Source of the DNA: Candidatus Heimdallarchaeum aukensis
Lineage (GTDB): Archaea > Asgardarchaeota > Heimdallarchaeia > Heimdallarchaeales > Heimdallarchaeaceae
Length of the DNA stretch: 64,000 nucleotides
Reading direction: 5' to 3'
Assembly (NCBI GenBank): GCA_021513695.1
Contig: CP084166.1
Span: 1,344,001-1,408,000 of the forward strand
The notes beneath the pieces are model-generated. The model was not told the origin of the DNA and did not search any database. It saw only the letters and a list, made by a program, of their open reading frames with translations. Below, in pieces: positions 10,662 through 19,863 of the stretch. A program made the translations under genes and the position numbers. How positions within the stretch are numbered: the first letter of the stretch is position 1; every line of letters starts with the position of its first letter.

Positions 10662-11279
10662 TTGATTTAACTTTTTCTTTGATTCAAAATATGATTGATA
10701 GATTTCATTTAGGCCTGTAGCAACAAGTAAAGTTTCTAGTTTTTTATGTGGAGAACCTTCAGCAAAAGCGTTTAAATATCCTTCTTCTGTGAAATTTAAC
10801 ATCGTATCTTCAAATATTCCTATTTGTTTCATGAGTGCTTGGATTTGTCTCTTTGTTACTATTCTTGAGCTTCCATCCAATGCCTTTATTTTCCTTACAG
10901 ATTGATTTTTTTTAATTTCAAGCTCCACAATAAAAGAATCCCTATTATTTACAAAAAGTTCAATATCTGGATCAGAAGATTGAAAAGGTCTCCTTTCACC
11001 CAACAAAGGGTTTGAAATGAAAAGTTGAATAACGGCAGAATCTCCAAAAGAACCAATTAATTCTTCTTTCTTACCGAGAGCTACTCTTGTGGGTGTATGC
11101 CCAATTACTAAAATTAAAGCTTCTAAAATTTGGCTTTTCCCGCTCCCATTAGCACCAGAAATGACAATTAACGGTTTTTCCATTAAATCTAATTCAGTAT
11201 ACTTATGCATTTTGAAATTTTTAATTACCAGTTTGTTGAAAACATACTTATTAGAACTTTCTGAATCAATAATTGTCAT
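10635..11279 (-). pseudogene. Truncated duplicate of the smc 5' end. The N-terminal 205 aa including Walker A are followed by 9 junction-derived residues (LNLQRTLQ) and a stop
   Basis: The first 205 aa are identical to SMC (5563..8541). The reading frame crosses the duplication junction at 10661/10662 and terminates. Confidence 0.55.
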
Positions 11280-13400
11280 AGTGGTATAATAGTAATATAG
11301 GTTATGCTATATAAACAATTCAATTTTCTCAAAAAATTATAAAAAATTTAGAAAATCTAACAATAAAAAAAGAAAAAAAGCTAAAATTTTAGAATTTAAA
11401 TTTTAAACTTCTTTTTGATAGTGATTATAGTAGCAACAACTAGGATTGAACTTAGAGAGACATATACTAGATCAAGTGATCCTATTCTTCGTGTTTTGTC
11501 TTGTCCACCAGTGTAAATGTCTGCTCCAGCACTTGAACCAGTTGAGGTAGATTCACCATAATCTTCCCATGTATCTGCTTCTTGTGTTGTACCATCCATG
11601 TTCAATAGTACTGCAGAGGTTTCTCCTCCGCCACCATTTTCACCTAGTTCATTTTCAAATCTACTGTCATAAATAACTTGAGCTCCAGGTAAGAAACATC
11701 CATTACTGGTGAGGAACATCCAATGCATGGTAATCGTTACAGTTTCATCAGGAGCAAGTGTTATACCTTCAAATTTTATTAATCCCATTCCTAAATAAGT
11801 TGTATTTGAAGTGGTACCTTCAGTTGTAACTTGGAACATTAATTCAAGTTCAGAAACATTGTAGTATTGAATGACAGTGATATGTGTTTCTGATTCACCA
11901 ATGTTGGTAATAACAAGTTCTACTTCCAACTCCCAAGGAGCGTTTTCAGGAATAATGATATCAACATTTGTAACTATATCAAGTATTGGTTGTGGGAATG
12001 CTGGTTCCATTGCAGCTTCTTTAGGTAGCAATAAAGCCCAAGCCATGTTTGAAATAACTATTTCATGAGCTTCAGCTGCTCCTTCGAAGTAACCTACTTC
12101 ATGAGTGAATGGGTTAACTACTTCTGCAGGACCTTGTCCTTCATCACTGATGAATTCTACAACAGCATAAACAGGGTGGATGCCTAAGAAAGTGTTTGCT
12201 TCAACTTCTACTTCGAATGTAACTTTTTCTCCAACAGCAACAGTACCTATTTCCTCTGTGTAGAATAGATCAGGATTTACTATTTGCCAAGTTCTATCCA
12301 TAGCTCCATGGAATAGATAGAGTTTCACATTTGTAGCATCAATGTTTCCTGTATTTTCAATATATCCAGTGATTGTAACATTATCTCCGACTTGGTAAGC
12401 TAGTTGATCTAACTCTACGTATGTGTTAAGTACAGCTTCATCGTCTGCAATCTGGAAGTTTATTCCATTACTGAATCCGAAGTACTCAAATCCTTCAGGA
12501 TCGTTATACTTGAATCTTGCTCCAGCAGAAATCCAGATATCTTCAGCATAGTCATAGAAACTGATGGGACGACCATAGGCGATTTGTCCAGCCCAATCAG
12601 AGAAACCTAGAATAACTCTCATAAGCTCATAGAAATCATGTAATTCTGTTGTTAATCCTGCTGCTTTTGTTCCATCTCCATTGTCAATTGGATGTATGTA
12701 CATCGAACCTAAAACCCAATTTTCATTAGGAATGTTTTCTAAAGCCCAACTAACTTGAGTCCAACTGTCAGGGTCTAAATTCTCTATTGTTGTCTCAAGA
12801 TAATATTGAGTAACTATTTCTGTTCCAACAGTGACATTTACTGGAACAATCTCAAAGTCCATTCCATTAAAGTCAAAAATTGTTTGGTTTTGATATAGTA
12901 AGTTGAACAGGTCTTTTGCTGCATTATCAATTCCATTTTTTAATTTATCCTTATAGTCTTCAAAAAGTGCATCCCAATCACCATTGTAGTCAGATATGGA
13001 TATATTTGCTAGGAATTGAGTTGCTCTGTTTACCAATATGTTGCTTAATCCTTTAGACGAATTAAGTTTTACTTCAGTACTAACAGTATAAGATAAACTA
13101 CCATATTGAATGGTTGTTGTTTCTGTTTTGACTGTTGCTTCAGTGATAGTTGGATCAATATCAACTAAGGAACCGTTATCATAAACATACCAACCTTCCA
13201 GTACCATCATTGTCTGGTTGTAGTTTTGGTATTCTTCTCCATCAACAGTAATTATTATACTAATATCTACAGGAATGTATTCGCTTTCATTGACGGTTAC
13301 ATCATCTCTCAATCTAAATATCGATGGAAGGTGACTGTAGAATTTCATGAAATCGCGACCTAGTGGATAGCTTATTGTAATGTTCTTTGCAGGTTCAGTT
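10662..13400. repeat. Tandem direct repeat, copy 2 (2737 bp). The novel junction is at 10661/10662 with tt microhomology
   Basis: As above. Sequence after 13400 (cctgtgtttg...) and before 7924 (...gttctcgttgca) is unique. Confidence 0.9.
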
Positions 13401-14443
13401 CCTGTGTTTGTAACGTTGTAATCCATTTGTAATATTCCTTGAGTATTTAGCAAGTCTTGATCATAAGCCATGTTTACAGCTACTCTGGGTGCAGAACTTA
13501 ATTCATTATAGTTAATGTTAAACACTACTTCAAAGTTGCTTGATGTTAATCTTACATACCAAGGATTCTGCATTACCCAATCCATTTTTCCAGTTATTTG
13601 TGGTGCAAAGTTATCAGTATCTGGTGAAATTGATATGGGATTGATTGTATATGGGAATCTGAATTTGACTACTGAGAATGTTTCATATGCTGGGTCATCA
13701 AATATTGTTACTTCTTCTCCAAATAAATTGTTCGTTGATAAAGTATATTCGCCACCTGATGAAACGATAGCATCTGGATCAACATAAGAAATAGCTCTTA
13801 TTGCTCCTTTGCCCATGTATTCTCCAACAGCTACAGCTTTTACTGGTGATGCTACAACATCTGCTGGATCTACAACTGATAAGAATCCTGTAGCAATATC
13901 TGTTTGCATTTCTCCTATAAGATCAGTAAAGACTGCGTCTGTGATTCCACCTGTAAACTTGTAAACGTAGGTTCCATATTCAGTTGTAAGTGCTCCAGAC
14001 CAATAAAGGTCTATACCATAATAATCACTGAATGCAGCAGCAATTGTCAGAGCTTCTTCTAAACTCTGTTCTGCTGTTAATGTTTTCACTAATTCAAGAG
14101 CTAATGTAGCATTTTCAGGAGCTCGATATGGTCTCCTCACGAGATAATCATGGTAGCCATCTTGATCAGTTACCACAAAAATCCAATTGATGACGTTATC
14201 CATCAAACTTTCTGGAGTTATCTTTAGTGCTGAAGGACCTCCAACAGTAGTAATTTTGACCAAAGCAGCGGTGTCAATACCAGCAACTATCTTCATTTCT
14301 TCATAAAATAATGAAGATAAAGTCTTGGTACTTGCAGAATCAAATTGATCTGCTGCACCTAATGCTTGGGTGTAAGAACCACTAAAAGTTAACAATATTA
14401 AAGCTAACCCCATTGTCATAACAATAGACATTTTATTTTTCAT
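11396..14443 (-). CDS. Large secreted cell-surface (glyco)protein, 1015 aa, with signal peptide, numerous N-glycosylation sequons, a Gly-rich linker and a C-terminal TM anchor
   Basis: The N-terminus MKNKMSIVMTMGLALILLTF is a signal peptide. There are more than 25 NxS/T sequons. GENGGGGETS is followed by a C-terminal LDLVYVSLSSILVVATIITIKKKFKI anchor. Confidence 0.65.
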   Translation of the reverse strand: MKNKMSIVMTMGLALILLTFSGSYTQALGAADQFDSASTKTLSSLFYEEMKIVAGIDTAALVKITTVGGPSALKITPESLMDNVINWIFVVTDQDGYHDYLVRRPYRAPENATLALELVKTLTAEQSLEEALTIAAAFSDYYGIDLYWSGALTTEYGTYVYKFTGGITDAVFTDLIGEMQTDIATGFLSVVDPADVVASPVKAVAVGEYMGKGAIRAISYVDPDAIVSSGGEYTLSTNNLFGEEVTIFDDPAYETFSVVKFRFPYTINPISISPDTDNFAPQITGKMDWVMQNPWYVRLTSSNFEVVFNINYNELSSAPRVAVNMAYDQDLLNTQGILQMDYNVTNTGTEPAKNITISYPLGRDFMKFYSHLPSIFRLRDDVTVNESEYIPVDISIIITVDGEEYQNYNQTMMVLEGWYVYDNGSLVDIDPTITEATVKTETTTIQYGSLSYTVSTEVKLNSSKGLSNILVNRATQFLANISISDYNGDWDALFEDYKDKLKNGIDNAAKDLFNLLYQNQTIFDFNGMDFEIVPVNVTVGTEIVTQYYLETTIENLDPDSWTQVSWALENIPNENWVLGSMYIHPIDNGDGTKAAGLTTELHDFYELMRVILGFSDWAGQIAYGRPISFYDYAEDIWISAGARFKYNDPEGFEYFGFSNGINFQIADDEAVLNTYVELDQLAYQVGDNVTITGYIENTGNIDATNVKLYLFHGAMDRTWQIVNPDLFYTEEIGTVAVGEKVTFEVEVEANTFLGIHPVYAVVEFISDEGQGPAEVVNPFTHEVGYFEGAAEAHEIVISNMAWALLLPKEAAMEPAFPQPILDIVTNVDIIIPENAPWELEVELVITNIGESETHITVIQYYNVSELELMFQVTTEGTTSNTTYLGMGLIKFEGITLAPDETVTITMHWMFLTSNGCFLPGAQVIYDSRFENELGENGGGGETSAVLLNMDGTTQEADTWEDYGESTSTGSSAGADIYTGGQDKTRRIGSLDLVYVSLSSILVVATIITIKKKFKI

Positions 14444-14631
14444 TTTTGACCTCCAAAAATTTGTCTAATACTAAGTATTAAACATCTATAATATAAAGAT
14501 TATTTTTGTGAGTTATAAAAAAACAGAATTCGAAAAAAATCGAACATTCAAAAACATCGATTATAGTAGGCTTTTGAAAAGTAATTAACAATTTATCAGT
14601 CTTAAAACACAGAGAAAACAAAAAAAAATGA

Positions 14632-15600
14632 TTATAATAGAGATTTTAGAGCTTTTTTGTAATCTTTTGTGGCTTCCTCGGGCAATGTACCATTAATAAA
14701 AACCCCCAAGCTGGACTCTACTGCACCAAGTATTTTTAATGATTGTTTATTTCGCTGAGGAGTGTGAAGTTTAAAATACATGTGATAAATGTTTGGAAAT
14801 TCAGATAAATTGAAAACTTTTTGATGAAGAGAAAGAGAATAGCTCACTTCTTTACCAAATATTTTTGACAAACTTTTAACCAACCTCGGCAATAGCTTCG
14901 CAAAAGCTATAAGTTCTTCTTTAGTACTTTCTTCTAATTGTCCATAGCATCTCTTTGGATAGATATACAGATCATAAGCATATTGAGCTGAAAAAGGTAC
15001 AACAGCTATTAAGAATTGATCTTCAAAGACTATTCTTGAAGTAGCTTTTTTCTCAAAGTCTAAATATTTACATGTCACACAAGTTTTTTCACTAATAATA
15101 AATTCCTTAATCTTCTTCAATTCATTTTGGATTGTATGGGGAACAAATGAGAATGCATAAATTTGTCCATGAGGATGAACTATTGATGCGCCAACATCTT
15201 GTCCAAAATTCTCAAAAGGTAAAATATATTTTATTTTCTCATATTTTGTTAGCTGTCTTGTTGCTTCAATCCACTTTTCAAAAATAGTGAGTATTTCATC
15301 AACTTTTAACTCATGAAATTTTTTATTATGTTCTGCGCTATAAACTAGAACCTCACATTTACCATAAGCACTTCTAGATTTATGTAAGGCATCTTCTTCT
15401 TTACTCCAAAAACCCTCAAGAGATAAGCTTGGAAATTTATTGTCCAAACGTATAGGCTCATTAATGTTTACTCCAATTTCATCAGAACCTTTACAAAAAG
15501 GACAATAATCTTTTTTTCTATCAGGTCTTCTTTGTCTTTTTGGTGCATAGATTATCCATTCATCAAAGAAATAGTTGTACCTTAGTTCATTTTCTGTCAT
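14632..15600 (-). CDS. galT: Galactose-1-phosphate uridylyltransferase-like (HIT superfamily GalT)
   Basis: CPFCKGSDE is the zinc motif near the N-terminus. HPHGQIYAF is the characteristic GalT H-P-H active-site motif. Length is 322 aa. Confidence 0.6.
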   Translation of the reverse strand: MTENELRYNYFFDEWIIYAPKRQRRPDRKKDYCPFCKGSDEIGVNINEPIRLDNKFPSLSLEGFWSKEEDALHKSRSAYGKCEVLVYSAEHNKKFHELKVDEILTIFEKWIEATRQLTKYEKIKYILPFENFGQDVGASIVHPHGQIYAFSFVPHTIQNELKKIKEFIISEKTCVTCKYLDFEKKATSRIVFEDQFLIAVVPFSAQYAYDLYIYPKRCYGQLEESTKEELIAFAKLLPRLVKSLSKIFGKEVSYSLSLHQKVFNLSEFPNIYHMYFKLHTPQRNKQSLKILGAVESSLGVFINGTLPEEATKDYKKALKSLL

Positions 15601-15696
15601 TATTTTAAAAACCTAAAATTGCTTTTTAACTATTTACTTGATAACTTACCATAATATCTCTTTTTTATCCCAAAAACTTTTATTTAGAACGAAAAC

Positions 15697-16932
15697 ATGA
15701 ATATTGTGTATGGCACTTTAATTTTACATGCAAACCTTCAATATGCGGAAATTCCGAAATCTGAAATTCCTAATGTAGTTAATAACAGTTATATTCCTGT
15801 AATTTCAGAATTGATTGATAAACCTAAAGTCCAAGTTGCTTTTAATTTTACAGGAGTAACTTTAGAGATTCTGAGTAATGAATATCATGAAGTTATTGAT
15901 CTTCTAAAAGAAGGAATAAAGAAAAAGAAGTTTGAATTAACTGGTTGTGGCTATTCACACCCCATATTTCCTCTTTTACCCATTAATGATATAAAAAAGC
16001 AAATAGAATACAATGAAGCTGTACTGAAAGATGTTCTCAACTATAAACCCACAGGATTTTGGTTACCAGAGTTGGCTTATGACCCAACTTTACCTAGAAT
16101 ACTGAAAGAGTATGGTTATTCATACATTTTCATTGATGATGATTTGTATTCCAACAGCGAAGAATTAAAGAATATTGCCAACCCTTATAATTACCTTAAA
16201 CCAAATTTGGAAGCATATATTTCTGAATTTCTTAAAACGAAAAGTTTAGTTAAAAAGATCTTCAAGTTCTTTAAAATCAAAAAGGAGATACTAAATAGAT
16301 GTAAGATGCAAGACTTTTATCCTATTGAATTAAAAGGAGTAGGAGACACAATCACTGGGATAAGAGCTCCAAGAGCATGGTTTGTGCTAACTTATTCAGC
16401 TCTAATGAATTATCCTACAATTAATATCAATACTATCAAAAAGATGCTTTCTTATCAAAAGAACAAAAATGGATTAATAGTCCTTTATGCTATGGATCTT
16501 GAGTTTTTTGGTTATAGGAGTTATGTTGAAGGACATTTGGTTGATCACAAAGACTTGGGAAACATGCTAAGTAAACTAGTAAAAAATGATGAATTAAAAT
16601 TGATTCTACCCAGTGATTATTTACAGAAATTTAAACCAAAGAAATTAGGATACATGAGAACAGGTAGTTGGGCACCATATGGCTCATTAGATATCTGGAC
16701 GCAAGATGAAGACAATAAGAAACTAGAAAGATTGTGCAATGATGTTCGAATTTATTTAAATCATCTTCCTCCATCCGAAGAGAAAGAAAAAATATGGAAA
16801 TTACTATTACTTGCTGAAAATTCTGATGGAAGAGGATGGGACCCAATTCCAGAAAGAAGATTGGATTGTTTTTCTTACGCTGTAGAAGCATTGAATAGGG
16901 CAAAAAAAGAGTATGAGAACACTTTACTTTAA
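15697..16932 (+). CDS. Glycoside hydrolase family 57-like protein
   Basis: The N-terminal LHANLQY is close to the GH57 HQP region. GFWLPELAY matches the conserved GH57 WLPE(C)AY motif. Length is 411 aa. Confidence 0.45.
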   Translation: MNIVYGTLILHANLQYAEIPKSEIPNVVNNSYIPVISELIDKPKVQVAFNFTGVTLEILSNEYHEVIDLLKEGIKKKKFELTGCGYSHPIFPLLPINDIKKQIEYNEAVLKDVLNYKPTGFWLPELAYDPTLPRILKEYGYSYIFIDDDLYSNSEELKNIANPYNYLKPNLEAYISEFLKTKSLVKKIFKFFKIKKEILNRCKMQDFYPIELKGVGDTITGIRAPRAWFVLTYSALMNYPTININTIKKMLSYQKNKNGLIVLYAMDLEFFGYRSYVEGHLVDHKDLGNMLSKLVKNDELKLILPSDYLQKFKPKKLGYMRTGSWAPYGSLDIWTQDEDNKKLERLCNDVRIYLNHLPPSEEKEKIWKLLLLAENSDGRGWDPIPERRLDCFSYAVEALNRAKKEYENTLL

Positions 16933-16951
16933 TTTTTTCTTACTATTACAG

Positions 16952-17812
16952 TTATTCTTTGTAATTAATTATTGTTTCTGCAACTCTTATAGCTTCCAAA
17001 GTTTCTTTAACATCATGTGTTCTAAAGATATGGGCTGAATTAATTAAAGCAACGATAGATGCACCTATAGAACCATACAATCTATCTTCAGGAGGTGCAT
17101 TGTTTAATATTTTTCCTATAGATGTTTTTCTGCTAATTCCAATATAAATAGGTTTTTCTAGAATTCTAAATTCTTCTAACTGATTAATTATTGCGTAATC
17201 ATGATGGTAGTCTCTAGCTTCCCATGAACCTATCCCAGGGTCTATGGAAATTTTTTTGGGATCTATTCCTGCATCTAAACCCAAAGAGACCGACTTTCTC
17301 AATTCTTCAATTATTTCAGGAATTAAGAAGATGTCTCCTGGTTCTTTTCTTGCTGCCATTAATACAGCTGAGGCGTCATATTCAGCTATTAAATCAGCAA
17401 GTTTAGGGTCTTTTTTAAATCCAGAAATATCATTAATGATCTGTACTCCTCTTTTTAGTGCAAGTTCGGCTACATTATATCTCATAGTATCTACAGAAAT
17501 TTCAACGTTAGAATAACTTGAAACAACATCTAAAATAACATTTAGTGCATTTTCGATCATTTCTTGTTCTGTAGATGCATCTACTCTTCCCTCTCCCCCA
17601 TATATTTGTATGGGGCGAGTGGATTGTGCGCCTATATCAAGGCATAATGCTCCATCTTTGATCATTTGTATTGAAACTTTCTCAAGTTCCTCTTTAGAAA
17701 TCTTAATTGAACCTTTGTAAAATGAGGATTCGGAAATGTTTATTATTCCTACAATACAAGCAGGAAGGTTATCACCTACCTCAATTTTTCCTAAATAACC
17801 TTTAATACTCAT
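16952..17812 (-). CDS. folP: Dihydropteroate synthase. The likely true start is the internal Met MSIKGY... and the ORF track extends to 17848
   Basis: GIINISESSF matches NxTPDSF-like. DIGAQSTRP matches DIGGESTRP. IINDISGF is present. The start overlaps the stop of the upstream CofE-like gene. Confidence 0.75.
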   Translation of the reverse strand: MSIKGYLGKIEVGDNLPACIVGIINISESSFYKGSIKISKEELEKVSIQMIKDGALCLDIGAQSTRPIQIYGGEGRVDASTEQEMIENALNVILDVVSSYSNVEISVDTMRYNVAELALKRGVQIINDISGFKKDPKLADLIAEYDASAVLMAARKEPGDIFLIPEIIEELRKSVSLGLDAGIDPKKISIDPGIGSWEARDYHHDYAIINQLEEFRILEKPIYIGISRKTSIGKILNNAPPEDRLYGSIGASIVALINSAHIFRTHDVKETLEAIRVAETIINYKE

Positions 17813-18620
17813 TTTTTTCTTTCTCCACTTTTTCTTGAATACAATCAAATAATGGCCCTATAAACATGCAATCCTTTGCAGTGATAAGATTATTTATATC
17901 TTTCTCGTCTCTATTTTCAATTTTTATCATAGGATATCCTCTGATTATAACAAAAGGTATTTGTTCATTGGTTTCTCCCATTAACAACTCAGCAGCTGTA
18001 GCTAGTTGGTCAGCGATTGCTCTTTGAGTAATATGCATCTCTCTATTAAATAGATCTGTTCTTCCTCTCTCATCAAGAACAGCTTTAAATCCATAAGTTC
18101 CTAAAGCGCATCCTACAGTTCCTAGTCTCAAAGGCATAGTCCTGGAATCAGCTATAATAATCCCTATTTCTTTTTTTGTGATTTTTGACAGTTGTTTATG
18201 AATTCTCATTGCAGATTCCTTACTATTCTTTGGAAGAAGAACTATTCTTTTTTCTCCTACGTTAGATTGGTCAGCTCCAGCATTGGCCAATAACCCATAT
18301 TCATTATATGTTGTAATAGCTCCTGGAACAGTCCCAATGTAATTATAATCACATTCTTCTAAAATCACTTGTGCAAACTCTGCTGAAATTTTTGCTTTTT
18401 CTGCTATTTTTCTTGCAATAGGTGTAACTCTTTTCTCAATATCTTTGAAGTCTAAAACATTCTTTTCCGAAAATGAAACAACTTTGCTTGCGAAAACTAT
18501 GATATCTTTATCTTTTATTTCTTTATTGGCTTTCTCTAAAGACTTTAGAAAAATATCTACTATATCATCACCAACATCTACAACTTTTATTGATGGTATT
18601 GGGATAATTTCTATGCTCAT
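17802..18620 (-). CDS. CofE/FbiB-N-like gamma-glutamyl ligase family protein (F420-0:gamma-glutamyl ligase family, PF01996-like)
   Basis: 272 aa. A GADQSN...ADSRTMPLRLGTVGCALG pattern and length resemble CofE. It is translationally coupled to folP. Confidence 0.45.
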   Translation of the reverse strand: MSIEIIPIPSIKVVDVGDDIVDIFLKSLEKANKEIKDKDIIVFASKVVSFSEKNVLDFKDIEKRVTPIARKIAEKAKISAEFAQVILEECDYNYIGTVPGAITTYNEYGLLANAGADQSNVGEKRIVLLPKNSKESAMRIHKQLSKITKKEIGIIIADSRTMPLRLGTVGCALGTYGFKAVLDERGRTDLFNREMHITQRAIADQLATAAELLMGETNEQIPFVIIRGYPMIKIENRDEKDINNLITAKDCMFIGPLFDCIQEKVEKEKNEY

Positions 18621-18655
18621 TGATATAGGGAAAAAAGTAGTAAATAAAAGAGTAT

Positions 18656-19741
18656 TTATTCTTTCTCAAAGAATTTCACACCATCATCGACATTGACGGC
18701 CCATACTGGCAAAGATAACTCATTTCTCAATTTAGAAGCAATTAAGTTCTTTTCTTCATTATATGTTAAAATGACCACACACCCCCCGAGCCCAGCTCCT
18801 GTCAATTTTCCGCCTAATGCGCCAAATTTTATACCTAAACCAACTATTTTATCCAATATTGGAAGAGAAACACCTATTCCTTCTCTTAATGCTTTTTGTT
18901 GGGATGTAAGTAAAGAACCCAAAAATTCTAGATCAAGGGAACTCTTATTTAACTCAACTTCTGCACTTTTGGTATCATCTCTAATTGAGATAATAGCTTT
19001 AAGTAATTTATAGTCGACAGAATTAAATTCGTGTTTATACTTTTCTAGTTGTTCCAAGGTAATTCTTTTTATAGGAACTGAACTTTTCTTGTAGAGTTCA
19101 GCCACTACTTTTTTACTTTTATTTACAACTTTACTGTGTACATCATTTGTTTTTTTGGGCACACAGCTATTTACTACCACTAGCCCAAGATCAGGATTAT
19201 CAAATTTTTGAAATTTCACATTCTCATCATCTTCTAAATCTAAGCTTATAATAGAACCTATAGATGAAGAATATTGATCCATTTTTCCACATGGAATGCC
19301 TAACAAGTCATGTTCTGCAACATAAGCTAATTCTGCGAGAGTTTGTTTATCGATTTCAATATTAGATGATTGTGCAAGCAGATTTATCCACCCGACAAGT
19401 AAGGCAGCTGAGCTAGATAGTCCACTTTCTAGAGGTATCATACTTGAAATTTCAACCTCTAGCGGAATAAAAATTTCATCAGAAAAGTGTTTCTTTAAAC
19501 TTAAATAACCCGCTTCTAAATAAGAAAGAAAAGAATGTTTTCCAGATAATTTTCTTAATGAAGTAGGAATAATTTCAGTTCGCTGCAAATCTAAAGACTT
19601 TGCTATATATCGAGGTTCTACAATTTTTTTGGCTCGAAGTGAAAGGCGTAGGTCAATAGCTGCAGGAATTACTTTTAATTTCAAATAATCTTGATGTTCT
19701 CCATATAAACACACTCTAGCTGGTGCAGATGAAAGTACCAT
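18656..19741 (-). CDS. GHMP-family sugar kinase, galactokinase-like. The probable start is the internal Met MVLSSAPARV and the ORF track start is 19819
   Basis: RVCLYGEHQDY resembles the galactokinase GEHTDY motif. PLESGLSSSAALLVG is GHMP motif 2 (PxGSGLGSSAA). KLTGAGLGGCVV is GHMP motif 3. Confidence 0.55.
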   Translation of the reverse strand: MVLSSAPARVCLYGEHQDYLKLKVIPAAIDLRLSLRAKKIVEPRYIAKSLDLQRTEIIPTSLRKLSGKHSFLSYLEAGYLSLKKHFSDEIFIPLEVEISSMIPLESGLSSSAALLVGWINLLAQSSNIEIDKQTLAELAYVAEHDLLGIPCGKMDQYSSSIGSIISLDLEDDENVKFQKFDNPDLGLVVVNSCVPKKTNDVHSKVVNKSKKVVAELYKKSSVPIKRITLEQLEKYKHEFNSVDYKLLKAIISIRDDTKSAEVELNKSSLDLEFLGSLLTSQQKALREGIGVSLPILDKIVGLGIKFGALGGKLTGAGLGGCVVILTYNEEKNLIASKLRNELSLPVWAVNVDDGVKFFEKE

Positions 19742-19863
19742 TAGTTTTGAAATCAGTAGAGAGATATTAAATTTTTCTAAAAAAATAACTAAACTAATAG
19801 TTACTATAACCGTAAACAAACTAGAAAAACTAATAAAGATTAACTCTTGTATCCATACAACAA

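Noticed and set aside
18770-18800. Locally GC-rich stretch (ccacacaccccccgagcccagctcctg) that stood out as a possible structured RNA/tRNA
   Set aside because: It sits inside the GHMP kinase CDS. On the minus strand it encodes the Gly/Ala-rich C-terminal GHMP motif, with no cloverleaf potential.
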